From: Auanema rhodensis
Taxonomy: Eukaryota > Animalia > Nematoda
Direction: 5' to 3'
Length of the DNA stretch: 64,000 nucleotides
NCBI GenBank assembly: GCA_964057225.1
Contig: OZ059895.1
Location: forward strand, 19,778,001-19,842,000
Shown here: one piece after another, positions 23,501 through 36,855 of the stretch
Numbering within the stretch: position 1 is the first letter of the stretch
How the letters are laid out: every line of letters begins with the position of its first letter
Translations under genes and position numbers: made by a program
Notes under the pieces: generated by a model
What the model was told of the DNA's origin: nothing
Databases searched by the model: none
What the model saw: only the letters and a program-made list of their open reading frames with translations

Positions 23501-26500
23501 AAGCAATGTTGAGTGTACATGGAAACTCAACATACACTAATGCATCATTTTTCAAACGATCATAACTAATTTATGAATTAAGCGTTTCTCAATGTAGTAT
23601 AGTGCATTCGATGCGGATTTTTAAGCTGCGTCGATCTGTGTTATCAGATTTGCGCTAGCTTAAAAATGCACCGAGATATCAACTGATATAAGTTCACACT
23701 TATATCCTCGATTTTCACCCTGAAGAATTAATTTTTTCGTTGAATAACAATGTCCATCGTGTTTGCCTTGAAAAAAGGAATCTAAAAACATCTACTTTTT
23801 GCTAAATTATTCTGAAATTTTTCGAAAAAATTTTTGTCAAAATGTTTTTGGAAGCAATGTTGAGTGTACATGGAAACTCAACATACACTAATGCATCATT
23901 TTTCAAACGATCATAACTAATTTTTGTATTAAGCGTTTCTCAATGTAGTATAGTGCATTCGATGCGGATTTTTAAGCTGCGTCGATCTGTGTTATCAGAT
24001 TTGCGCTAGCTTAAAAATGCACCGAGATATCAACTGATATAAGTTCACACTTATATCCTCGATTTTCACCCTGAAGAATTAATTTTTTCGTTGAATAACA
24101 ATGTCCATCGTCTTTGCCTTGAAAAAAGGAATCTAAAAACATCTACTTTTTGCTAAATTATTCTGAAATTTTTCGAAAAAATTTTTGTCAAAATGTTTTT
24201 GGAAGCAATGTTGAGTGTACATGGAAACTCAACATACACTAATGCATCATTTTTCAAACGATCATAACTAATTTTTGTATTAAGCGTTTCTCAATGTAGT
24301 ATAGTGCATTCGATGCGGATTTTTAAGCTGCGTCGATCTGTGTTATCAGATTTGCGCTAGCTTAAAAATGCACCGAGATATCAACTGATATAAGTTCACA
24401 CTTATATCCTCGATTTTCACCCTGAAGAATTAATTTTTTCGTTGAATAACAATGTCCATCGTCTTTGCCTTGAAAAAAGGAATCTAAAAACATCTACTTT
24501 TTGCTAAATTATTCTGAAATTTTTCGAAAAAATTTTTGTCAAAATGTTTTTGGAAGCAATGTTGAGTGTACATGGAAACTCAACATACACTAATGCATCA
24601 TTTTTCAAACGATCATAACTAATTTTTGTATTAAGCGTTTCTCAATGTAGTATAGTGCATTCGATGCGGATTTTTAAGCTGCGTCGATCTGTGTTATCAG
24701 ATTTGCGCTAGCTTAAAAATGCACCGAGATATCAACTGATATAAGTTCACACTTATATCCTCGATTTTCACCCTGAAGAATTAATTTTTTCGTTGAATAA
24801 CAATGTCCATCGTCTTTGCCTTGAAAAAAGGAATCTAAAAACATCTACTTTTTGCTAAATTATTCTGAAATTTTTCGAAAAAATTTTTGTCAAAATGTTT
24901 TTGGAAGCAATGTTGAGTGTACATGGAAACTCAACATACACTAATGCATCATTTTTCAAACGATCATAACTAATTTTTGTATTAAGCGTTTCTCAATGTA
25001 GTATAGTGCATTCGATGCGGATTTTTAAGCTGCGTCGATCTGTGTTATCAGATTTGCGCTAACTTAAAAATGCACCGAGATATCAACTGATATAAGTTCA
25101 CACTTATATCCTCGATTTTCACCCTGAAGAATTAATTTTTTCGTTGAATAACAATGTCCATCGTCTTTGCCTTGTAAAAAGGAATCTAAAAACATCTACT
25201 TTTTGCTAAATTATTCTGAAATTTTTCGAAAAAATTTTTGTCAAAATGTTTTTGGAAGCAATGTTGAGTGTACATGGAAACTCAACATACACTAATGCAT
25301 CATTTTTCAAACGATCATAACTAATTTTTGTATTAAGCGTTTCTCAATGTAGTATAGTGCATTCGATGCGGATTTTTAAGCTGCGTCGATCTGTGTTATC
25401 AGATTTGCGCTAGCTTAAAAATGCACCGAGATATCAACTGATATAAGTTCACACTTATATCCTCGATTTTCACCCTGAAGAATTAATTTTTTCGTTGAAT
25501 AACAATGTCCATCGTCTTTGCCTTGTAAAAAGGAATCTAAAAACAACTACTTTTTGCTAAATTATTCTGAAATTTTTCGAAAAAATTTTTGTCAAAATGT
25601 TTTTGGAAGCAATGTTGAGTGTACATGGAAACTCAACATACACTAATGCATCATTTTTCAAACGATCATAACTAATTTTTGTATTAAGCGTTTCTCAATG
25701 TAGTGTAGTGCATTCGATGCGGATTTTTAAGCTGCGTCGATCTGTGTTATCAGATTTGCGCTAGCTTAAAAATGCACCGAGATATCAACTGATATAAGTT
25801 CACACTTATATCCTCGATTTTCACCCTGAAGAATTAATTTTTTCGTTGAATAACAATGTCCATCGTCTTTGCCTTGAAAAAAGGAATCTAAAAACATCTA
25901 CTTTTTGCTAAATTATTCTGAAATTTTTCGAAAAAATTTTTGTCAAAATGTTTTTGGAAGCAATGTTGAGTGTACATGGAAACTCAACATACACTAATGC
26001 ATCATTTTTCAAACGATCATAACTAATTTTTGTATTAAGCGTTTCTCAATGTAGTATAGTGCATTCGATGCGGATTTTTAAGCTGCGTCGATCTGTGTTA
26101 TCAGATTTGCGCTAGCTTAAAAATGCACCGAGATATCAACTGATATAAGTTCACACTTATATCCTCGATTTTCACCCTGAAGAATTAATTTTTTCGTTGA
26201 ATAACAATGTCCATCGTCTTTGCCTTGAAAAAAGGAATCTAAAAACATCTACTTTTTGCTAAATTATTCTGAAATTTTTCGAAAAAATTTTTGTCAAAAT
26301 GTTTTTGGAAGCAATGTTGAGTGTACATGGAAACTCAACATACACTAATGCATCATTTTTCAAACGATCATAACTAATTTTTGTATTAAGCGTTTCTCAA
26401 TGTAGTATAGTGCATTCGATGCGGATTTTTAAGCTGCGTCGATCTGTGTTATCAGATTTGCGCTAGCTTAAAAATGCACCGAGATATCAACTGATATAAG

Positions 26501-29500
26501 TTCACACTTATATCCTCGATTTTCACCCTGAAGAATTAATTTTTTCGTTGAATAACAATGTCCATCGTCTTTGCCTTGAAAAAAGGAATCTAAAAACATC
26601 TACTTTTTGCTAAATTATTCTGAAATTTTTCGAAAAAATTTTTGTCAAAATGTTTTTGGAAGCAATGTTGAGTGTACATGGAAACTCAACATACACTAAT
26701 GCATCATTTTTCAAACGATCATAACTAATTTTTGTATTAAGCGTTTCTCAATGTAGTATAGTGCATTCGATGCGGATTTTTAAGCTGCGTCGATCTGTGT
26801 TATCAGATTTGCGCTAGCTTAAAAATGCACCGAGATATCAACTGATATAAGTTCACACTTATATCCTCGATTTTCACCCTGAAGAATTAATTTTTTCGTT
26901 GAATAACAATGTCCATCGTCTTTGCCTTGAAAAAAGGAATCTAAAAACATCTACTTTTTGCTAAATTATTCTGAAATTTTTCGAAAAAATTTTTGTCAAA
27001 ATGTTTTTGGAAGCAATGTTGAGTGTACATGGAAACTCAACATACACTAATGCATCATTTTTCAAACGATCATAACTAATTTTTGTATTAAGCGTTTCTC
27101 AATGTAGTATAGTGCATTCGATGCGGATTTTTAAGCTGCGTCGATCTGTGTTATCAGATTTGCGCTAGCTTAAAAATGCACCGAGATATCAACTGATATA
27201 AGTTCACACTTATATCCTCGATTTTCACCCTGAAGAATTAATTTTTTCGTTGAATAACAATGTCCATCGTCTTTGCCTTGAAAAAAGGAATCTAAAAACA
27301 TCTACTTTTTGCTAAATTATTCTGAAATTTTTCGAAAAAATTTTTGTCAAAATGTTTTTGGAAGCAATGTTGAGTGTACATGGAAACTCAACATACACTA
27401 ATGCATCATTTTTCAAACGATCATAACTAATTTTTGTATTAAGCGTTTCTCAATGTAGTATAGTGCATTCGATGCGGATTTTTAAGCTGCGTCGATCTGT
27501 GTTATCAGATTTGCGCTAACTTAAAAATGCACCGAGATATCAACTGATATAAGTTCACACTTATATCCTCGATTTTCACCCTGAAGAATTAATTTTTTCG
27601 TTGAATAACAATGTCCATCGTCTTTGCCTTGTAAAAAGGAATCTAAAAACATCTACTTTTTGCTAAATTATTTTGAAATTTTTCGAAAAAATTTTTGTCA
27701 AAATGTTTTTGGAAGCAATGTTGAGTGTACATGGAAACTCAACATACACTAATGCATCATTTTTCAAACGATCATAACTAATTTATGAATTAAGCGTTTC
27801 TCAATGTAGTATAGTGCATTCGATGCGGATTTTTAAGCTGCGTCGATCTGTGTTATCAGATTTGCGCTAGCTTAAAAATGCACCGAGATATCAACTGATA
27901 TAAGTTCACACTTATATCCTCGATTTTCACCCTGAAGAATTAATTTTTTCGTTGAATAACAATGTCCATCGTGTTTGCCTTGAAAAAAGGAATCTAAAAA
28001 CATCTACTTTTTGCTAAATTATTCTGAAATTTTTCGAAAAAATTTTTGTCAAAATGTTTTTGGAAGCAATGTTGAGTGTACATGGAAACTCAACATACAC
28101 TAATGCATCATTTTTCAAACGATCATAACTAATTTTTGTATTAAGCGTTTCTCAATGTAGTATAGTGCATTCGATGCGGATTTTTAAGCTGCGTCGATCT
28201 GTGTTATCAGATTTGCGCTAGCTTAAAAATGCACCGAGATATCAACTGATATAAGTTCACACTTATATCCTCGATTTTCACCCTGAAGAATTAATTTTTT
28301 CGTTGAATAACAATGTCCATCGTCTTTGCCTTGAAAAAAGGAATCTAAAAACATCTACTTTTTGCTAAATTATTCTGAAATTTTTCGAAAAAATTTTTGT
28401 CAAAATGTTTTTGGAAGCAATGTTGAGTGTACATGGAAACTCAACATACACTAATGCATCATTTTTCAAACGATCATAACTAATTTTTGTATTAAGCGTT
28501 TCTCAATGTAGTATAGTGCATTCGATGCGGATTTTTAAGCTGCGTCGATCTGTGTTATCAGATTTGCGCTAGCTTAAAAATGCACCGAGATATCAACTGA
28601 TATAAGTTCACACTTATATCCTCGATTTTCACCCTGAAGAATTAATTTTTTCGTTGAATAACAATGTCCATCGTCTTTGCCTTGAAAAAAGGAATCTAAA
28701 AACATCTACTTTTTGCTAAATTATTCTGAAATTTTTCGAAAAAATTTTTGTCAAAATGTTTTTGGAAGCAATGTTGAGTGTACATGGAAACTCAACATAC
28801 ACTAATGCATCATTTTTCAAACGATCATAACTAATTTTTGTATTAAGCGTTTCTCAATGTAGTATAGTGCATTCGATGCGGATTTTTAAGCTGCGTCGAT
28901 CTGTGTTATCAGATTTGCGCTAGCTTAAAAATGCACCGAGATATCAACTGATATAAGTTCACACTTATATCCTCGATTTTCACCCTGAAGAATTAATTTT
29001 TTCGTTGAATAACAATGTCCATCGTCTTTGCCTTGAAAAAAGGAATCTAAAAACATCTACTTTTTGCTAAATTATTCTGAAATTTTTCGAAAAAATTTTT
29101 GTCAAAATGTTTTTGGAAGCAATGTTGAGTGTACATGGAAACTCAACATACACTAATGCATCATTTTTCAAACGATCATAACTAATTTTTGTATTAAGCG
29201 TTTCTCAATGTAGTATAGTGCATTCGATGCGGATTTTTAAGCTGCGTCGATCTGTGTTATCAGATTTGCGCTAACTTAAAAATGCACCGAGATATCAACT
29301 GATATAAGTTCACACTTATATCCTCGATTTTCACCCTGAAGAATTAATTTTTTCGTTGAATAACAATGTCCATCGTCTTTGCCTTGTAAAAAGGAATCTA
29401 AAAACATCTACTTTTTGCTAAATTATTCTGAAATTTTTCGAAAAAATTTTTGTCAAAATGTTTTTGGAAGCAATGTTGAGTGTACATGGAAACTCAACAT

Positions 29501-30186
29501 ACACTAATGCATCATTTTTCAAACGATCATAACTAATTTTTGTATTAAGCGTTTCTCAATGTAGTATAGTGCATTCGATGCGGATTTTTAAGCTGCGTCG
29601 ATCTGTGTTATCAGATTTGCGCTAGCTTAAAAATGCACCGAGATATCAACTGATATAAGTTCACACTTATATCCTCGATTTTCACCCTGAAGAATTAATT
29701 TTTTCGTTGAATAACAATGTCCATCGTCTTTGCCTTGTAAAAAGGAATCTAAAAACAACTACTTTTTGCTAAATTATTCTGAAATTTTTCGAAAAAATTT
29801 TTGTCAAAATGTTTTTGGAAGCAATGTTGAGTGTACATGGAAACTCAACATACACTAATGCATCATTTTTCAAACGATCATAACTAATTTTTGTATTAAG
29901 CGTTTCTCAATGTAGTGTAGTGCATTCGATGCGGATTTTTAAGCTGCGTCGATCTGTGTTATCAGATTTGCGCTAGCTTAAAAATGCACCGAGATATCAA
30001 CTGATATAAGTTCACACTTATATCCTCGATTTTCACCCTGAAGAATTAATTTTTTCGTTGAATAACAATGTCCATCGTCTTTGCCTTGAAAAAAGGAATC
30101 TAAAAACATCTACTTTTTGCTAAATTATTCTGAAATTTTTCGAAAAAATTTTTGTCAAAATGTTTTTGGAAGCAATGTTGAGTGTA
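17551..30186. repeat. 12-monomer HOR (4212 bp), about 3 copies, within the homogeneous core
   Basis: The CATCGTGTTT variant lies at 19549, 23761 and 27973. The GCTAACTT variant lies at 19095, 23307, 27519 and at 20850, 25062, 29274. All are spaced 4212 bp. Confidence 0.92.
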
Positions 30187-33100
30187 CATGGAAACTCAAC
30201 ATACACTAATGCATCATTTTTCAAACGATCATAACTAATTTTTGTATTAAGCGTTTCTCAATGTAGTATAGTGCATTCGATGCGGATTTTTAAGCTGCGT
30301 CGATCTGTGTTATCAGATTTGCGCTAGCTTAAAAATGCACCGAGATATCAACTGATATAAGTTCACACTTATATCCTCGATTTTCACCCTGAAGAATTAA
30401 TTTTTTCGTTGAATAACAATGTCCATCGTCTTTGCCTTGAAAAAAGGAATCTAAAAACATCTACTTTTTGCTAAATTATTCTGAAATTTTTCGAAAAAAT
30501 TTTTGTCAAAATGTTTTTGGAAGCAATGTTGAGTGTACATGGAAACTCAACATACACTAATGCATCATTTTTCAAACGATCATAACTAATTTTTGTATTA
30601 AGCGTTTCTCAATGTAGTATAGTGCATTCGATGCGGATTTTTAAGCTGCGTCGATCTGTGTTATCAGATTTGCGCTAGCTTAAAAATGCACCGAGATATC
30701 AACTGATATAAGTTCACACTTATATCCTCGATTTTCACCCTGAAGAATTAATTTTTTCGTTGAATAACAATGTCCATCGTCTTTGCCTTGAAAAAAGGAA
30801 TCTAAAAACATCTACTTTTTGCTAAATTATTCTGAAATTTTTCGAAAAAATTTTTGTCAAAATGTTTTTGGAAGCAATGTTGAGTGTACATGGAAACTCA
30901 ACATACACTAATGCATCATTTTTCAAACGATCATAACTAATTTTTGTATTAAGCGTTTCTCAATGTAGTGTAGTGCATTCGATGCGGATTTTTAAGCTGC
31001 GTCGATCTGTGTTATCAGATTTGCGCTAGCTTAAAAATGCACCGAGATATCAACTGATATAAGTTCACACTTATATCCTCGATTTTCACCCTGAAGAATT
31101 AATTTTTTCGTTGAATAACAATGTCCATCGTCTTTGCCTTGAAAAAAGGAATCTAAAAACATCTACTTTTTGCTAAATTATTCTGAAATTTTTCGAAAAA
31201 ATTTTTGTCAAAATGTTTTTGGAAGCAATGTTGAGTGTACATGGAAACTCAACATACACTAATGCATCATTTTTCAAACGATCATAACTAATTTTTGTAT
31301 TAAGCGTTTCTCAATGTAGTATAGTGCATTCGATGCGGATTTTTAAGCTGCGTCGATCTGTGTTATCAGATTTGCGCTAGCTTAAAAATGCACCGAGATA
31401 TCAACTGATATAAGTTCACACTTATATCCTCGATTTTCACCCTGAAGAATTAATTTTTTCGTTGAATAACAATGTCCATCGTCTTTGCCTTGAAAAAAGG
31501 AATCTAAAAACATCTACTTTTTGCTAAATTATTCTGAAATTTTTCGAAAAAATTTTTGTCAAAATGTTTTTGGAAGCAATGTTGAGTGTACATGGAAACT
31601 CAACATACACTAATGCATCATTTTTCAAACGATCATAACTAATTTTTGTATTAAGCGTTTCTCAATGTAGTATAGTGCATTCGATGCGGATTTTCAAGCT
31701 GCGTCGATCTGTGTTATCAGATTTGCGCTAGCTTAAAAATGCACCGAGATATCAACTGATATAAGTTCACACTTATATCCTCGATTTTCACCCTGAAGAA
31801 TTAATTTTTTCGTTGAATAACAATGTCCATCGTCTTTGCCTTGAAAAAAGGAATCTAAAAACATCTACTTTTTGCTAAATTATTCTGAAATTTTTCGAAA
31901 AAATTTTTGTCAAAATGTTTTTGGAAGCAATGTTGAGTGTACATGGAAACTCAACATACACTAATGCATCATTTTTCAAACGATCATAACTAATTTTTGT
32001 ATTAAGCGTTTCTCAATGTAGTATAGTGCATTCGATGCGGATTTTTAAGCTGCGTCGATCTGTGTTATCAGATTTGCGCTAGCTTAAAAATGCACCGAGA
32101 TATCAACTGATATAAGTTCACACTTATATCCTCGATTTTCACCCTGAAGAATTAATTTTTTCGTTGAATAACAATGTCCATCGTCTTTGCCTTGAAAAAA
32201 GGAATCTAAAAACATCTACTTTTTGCTAAATTATTCTGAAATTTTTCGAAAAAATTTTTGTCAAAATGTTTTTGGAAGCAATGTTGAGTGTACATGGAAA
32301 CTCAACATACACTAATGCATCATTTTTCAAACGATCATAACTAATTTTTGTATTAAGCGTTTCTCAATGTAGTATAGTGCATTCGATGCGGATTTTTAAG
32401 CTGCGTCGATCTGTGTTATCAGATTTGCGCTAGCTTAAAAATGCACCGAGATATCAACTGATATAAGTTCACACTTATATCCTCGATTTTCACCCTGAAG
32501 AATTAATTTTTTCGTTGAATAACAATGTCCATCGTCTTTGCCTTGAAAAAAGGAATCTAAAAACATCTACTTTTTGCTAAATTATTCTGAAATTTTTCGA
32601 AAAAATTTTTGTCAAAATGTTTTTGGAAGCAATGTTGAGTGTACATGGAAACTCAACATACACTAATGCATCATTTTTCAAACGATCATAACTAATTTTT
32701 GTATTAAGCGTTTCTCAATGTAGTATAGTGCATTCGATGCGGATTTTTAAGCTGCGTCGATCTGTGTTATCAGATTTGCGCTAGCTTAAAAATGCACCGA
32801 GATATCAACTGATATAAGTTCACACTTATATCCTCGATTTTCACCCTGAAGAATTAATTTTTTCGTTGAATAACAATGTCCATCGTCTTTGCCTTGAAAA
32901 AAGGAATCTAAAAACATCTACTTTTTGCTAAATTATTCTGAAATTTTTCGAAAAAATTTTTGTCAAAATGTTTTTGGAAGCAATGTTGAGTGTACATGGA
33001 AACTCAACATACACTAATGCATCATTTTTTAAACGATCATAACTAATTTTTGTATTAAGCGTTTCTCAATGTAGTATAGTGCATTCGATGCGGATTTTTA

Positions 33101-33696
33101 AGCTGCGTCGATCTGTGTTATCAGATTTGCGCTAGCTTAAAAATGCACCGAGATATCAACTGATATAAGTTCACACTTATATCCTCGATTTTCACCCTGA
33201 AGAATTAATTTTTTCGTTGAATAACAATGTCCATCGTCTTTGCCTTGAAAAAAGGAATCTAAAAACATCTACTTTTTGCTAAATTATTCTGAAATTTTTC
33301 GAAAAAATTTTTGTCAAAATGTTTTTGGAAGCAATGTTGAGTGTACATGGAAACTCAACATACACTAATGCATCATTTTTCAAACGATCATAACTAATTT
33401 TTGTATTAAGCGTTTCTCAATGTAGTATAGTGCATTCGATGCGGATTTTTAAGCTGCGTCGATCTGTGTTATCAGATTTGCGCTAGCTTAAAAATGCACC
33501 GAGATATCAACTGATATAAGTTCACACTTATATCCTCGATTTTCACCCTGAAGAATTAATTTTTTCGTTGAATAACAATGTCCATCGTCTTTGCCTTGAA
33601 AAAAGGAATCTAAAAACATCTACTTTTTGCTAAATTATTCTGAAATTTTTCGAAAAAATTTTTGTCAAAATGTTTTTGGAAGCAATGTTGAGTGTA
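30187..33696. repeat. Run of 10 nearly identical type-B monomers
   Basis: Only isolated substitutions seen, at about 30970, 31695 and 33030. Confidence 0.85.
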
Positions 33697-36600
33697 CATG
33701 GAAACTCAACATACACTAATGCATCATTTTTTAAACGATCATAACTAATTTTTGTATTAAGCGTTTCTCAATGTAGTGTAGTGCATTCGATGCGGATTTT
33801 TAAGCTGCGTTGATCTGTGCTATCAGATTTGCGCTAGCTTAAAAATGCACCGAGATATCAACTGATATAAGTTCACACTTATATCCTCGATTTTCACCCT
33901 GAAGAATTAATTTTTTCGTTGAATAACATTGTCCATCGTCTTTGCCTTGAAAAAAGGAATCTAAAAACGTCTACTTTTTGCTAAATTATTTTGAAATTTT
34001 TTGAAAAAATTTTTGTCAAAATGTTTTTGGAAGCAATGTTGAGTGTACATGGAAACTCAACATACACTAATGCATCATTTTTCAAACGATCATAACTAAT
34101 TTTTGTATTAAGCGTTTCTCAGTGTAGTGTAGTGCATTCGATGCGGATTTTTAAGCTGCGTTGATCTGTGTTATCAGATTTGCGCTAGCTTAAAAATGCA
34201 CCGAGATATCAACTGATATAAGTTCACACTTATATCCTAGATTTTCACCCTGAAGAATTAATTTTTTCGTTGAATAACATTGTCCATCGTCTTTGCCTTG
34301 AAAAAAGGAATCTAAAAACGTCTATTTTTTGCTAAATTATTTTGAAATTTTTTGAAAAAATTTTTGTCAAAATGTTTTTGGAAGCAATGTTGAGTGTACA
34401 TGGAAACTCAACATACACTAATGCATCATTTTTCAAACGATCATAACTAATTTTTGTATTAAGCGTTTCTCAATGTAGTTTAGTGCATTCGATGCGGATT
34501 TTTAAGCTGCGTTGATCTGTGTTATCAGATTTGCGCTAGCTCAAAAATGCACCGAGATATCAACTGATATAAGTTCACACTTATAACCTCGATTTTCACC
34601 CTGAAGAATTAATTTTTTCGTTGAATAACATTGTCCATCGTCTTTGCCTTGAAAAAAGGAATCTAAAAACGTCTACTTTTTGCTAAATTATTTTGAAATT
34701 TTTTGAAAAAATTTTTGTCAAAATGTTTTTGGAAGCAATGTTGAGTGTACATGGAAACTCAACATACACTAATGCATCATTTTTCAAACGATCATAACTA
34801 ATTTTTGTATTAAGCGTTTCTCAATGTAGTGTAGTGCATTCGATGCGGATTTTTAAGCTGCGTTGATCTGTGTTATCAGATTTGCGCTAGCTCAAAAATG
34901 CACCGAGATATCAACTGATATAAGTTCACACTTATATCCTCGATTTTCACCCTGAAGAATTGATTTTTTCGTTGAATAACATTGTCCATCGTCTTTGCCT
35001 TGAAAAAAGGAATCTAAAAACGTCTACTTTTTGCTAAATTATTTTGAAATTTTTTGAAAAAATTTTTGTCAAAATGTTTTTGGAAGCAATGTTGAGTGTA
35101 CATGGAAACTCAACATACACTAATGCATCATTTTTCAAACGATCATAACTAATTTTTGTATTAAGCGTTTCTCAGTGTAGTGTAGTGCATTCGATGCGGA
35201 TTTTTAAGCTGCGTTGATCTGTGTTATCAGATTTGCGCTAGCTTAAATATGCACCGAGATATCAACTGATATAAGTTCACACTTATATCCTAGATTTTCA
35301 CCCTGAAGAATTAATTTTTTCGTTGAATAACATTGTCCATCGTCTTTGCCTTGAAAAAAGGAATCTAAAAACGTCTATTTTTTGCTAAATTATTTTGAAA
35401 TTTTTTGAAAAAATTTTTGTCAAAATGTTTTTGGAAGCAATGTTGAGTGTACATGGAAACTCAACATACACTAATGCATCATTTTTCAAACGATCATAAC
35501 TAATTTTTGTATTAAGCGTTTCTCAATGTAGTGTAGTGCATTCGATGCGGATTTTTAAGCTGCGTTGATCTGTGTTATCAGATTTGCGCTAGCTCAAAAA
35601 TGCACCGAGATATCAACTGATATAAGTTCACACTTATAACCTCGATTTTCACCCTGAAGAATTAATTTTTTCGTTGAATAACATTGTCCATCGTCTTTGC
35701 CTTGAAAAAAGGAATCTAAAAACGTCTACTTTTTGCTAAATTATTTTGAAATTTTTTGAAAAAATTTTTGTCAAAATGTTTTTGGAAGCAATGTTGAGTG
35801 TACATGGAAACTCAACATACACTAATGCATCATTTTTCAAACGATCATAACTAATTTTTGTATTAAGCGTTTCTCAATGTAGTGTAGTGCATTCGATGCG
35901 GATTTTTAAGCTGCGTTGATCTGTGTTATCAGATTTGCGCTAGCTCAAAAATGCACCGAGATATCAACTGATATAAGTTCACACTTATATCCTCGATTTG
36001 CACCCTGAAGAATTGAATTTTTTCGTTGAATAACATTATCCATCGTCTTTGCCTTGAAAAAAGGAATCTGAAAACATCTACTTTTGCTAGATTATTTTGA
36101 AATTTCTCGAAAAAATTTTTGTCAAAATGTTTTTGGAAGCAATGTTGAGTGTACATGGAAACTCAACATACACTAATGCATCATTTTTCAAACGATCATA
36201 ACTAATTTTTGTATTAAGCGTTTCTCAATGTAGTGTAGTGCATTCGATGCGGATTTTTAAGCTGCGTTGATCTGTGTTATCAGATTTGCGCTAGCTCAAA
36301 AATGCACCGAGATATCAACTGATATAAGTTCACACTTATATCCTCGATTTGCACCCTGAAGAATTGAATTTTTTCGTTGAATAACATTATCCATCGTCTT
36401 TGCCTTGAAAAAAGGAATCTAAAAACATCTACTTTTGCTAGATTATTTTGAAATTTCTCGAAAAAATTTTTGTCAAAATGTTTTTGGAAGCAATGTTGAG
36501 TGTACATGGAAACTCAACATACACTAATGCATCATTTTTCAAACGATCATAACTAATTTTTGTATTAAGCGTTTCTCAATGTAGTGTAGTGCATTCGATG

Positions 36601-36855
36601 CGGATTTTTTAGCTGCGTTGATCTGTGTTATCAGATTTGCGCTAGCTTAAAAATGCACCGAGATATCAACTGATATAAGTTCACACTTATATCCTCGATT
36701 TTCACCCTGAAGAATTAATTTTTTCGTTGAATAGCATTGTCCATCGTCTTTGCCTCAAAAAAAGGAATCTAAAAACATCTACTTTTTGATAAATTATTTT
36801 AAAATTTTTCGAAAAAATTTTTGTCAAATTGTTTTTGGAAGCAATGTTGAGTGTA
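33697..36855. repeat. Diverged sub-family block (9 monomers) with a local 3-mer duplication
   Basis: GCGTTGATC is shared by all nine monomers and GTAGTGTAG by eight. AAAACGTC and TTTTTTGAAAA are in the first six. CCTAGA recurs in the monomers at 34048 and 35101, and ATAACCTC in those at 34399 and 35452 (1053 bp apart). Confidence 0.88.

Noticed and set aside
35929-36507. Two 75-aa minus-strand ORFs (MYTQHCFQ...)
   Set aside because: They are created incidentally by the +1/-1 indel pair in two monomers, with no coding evidence.
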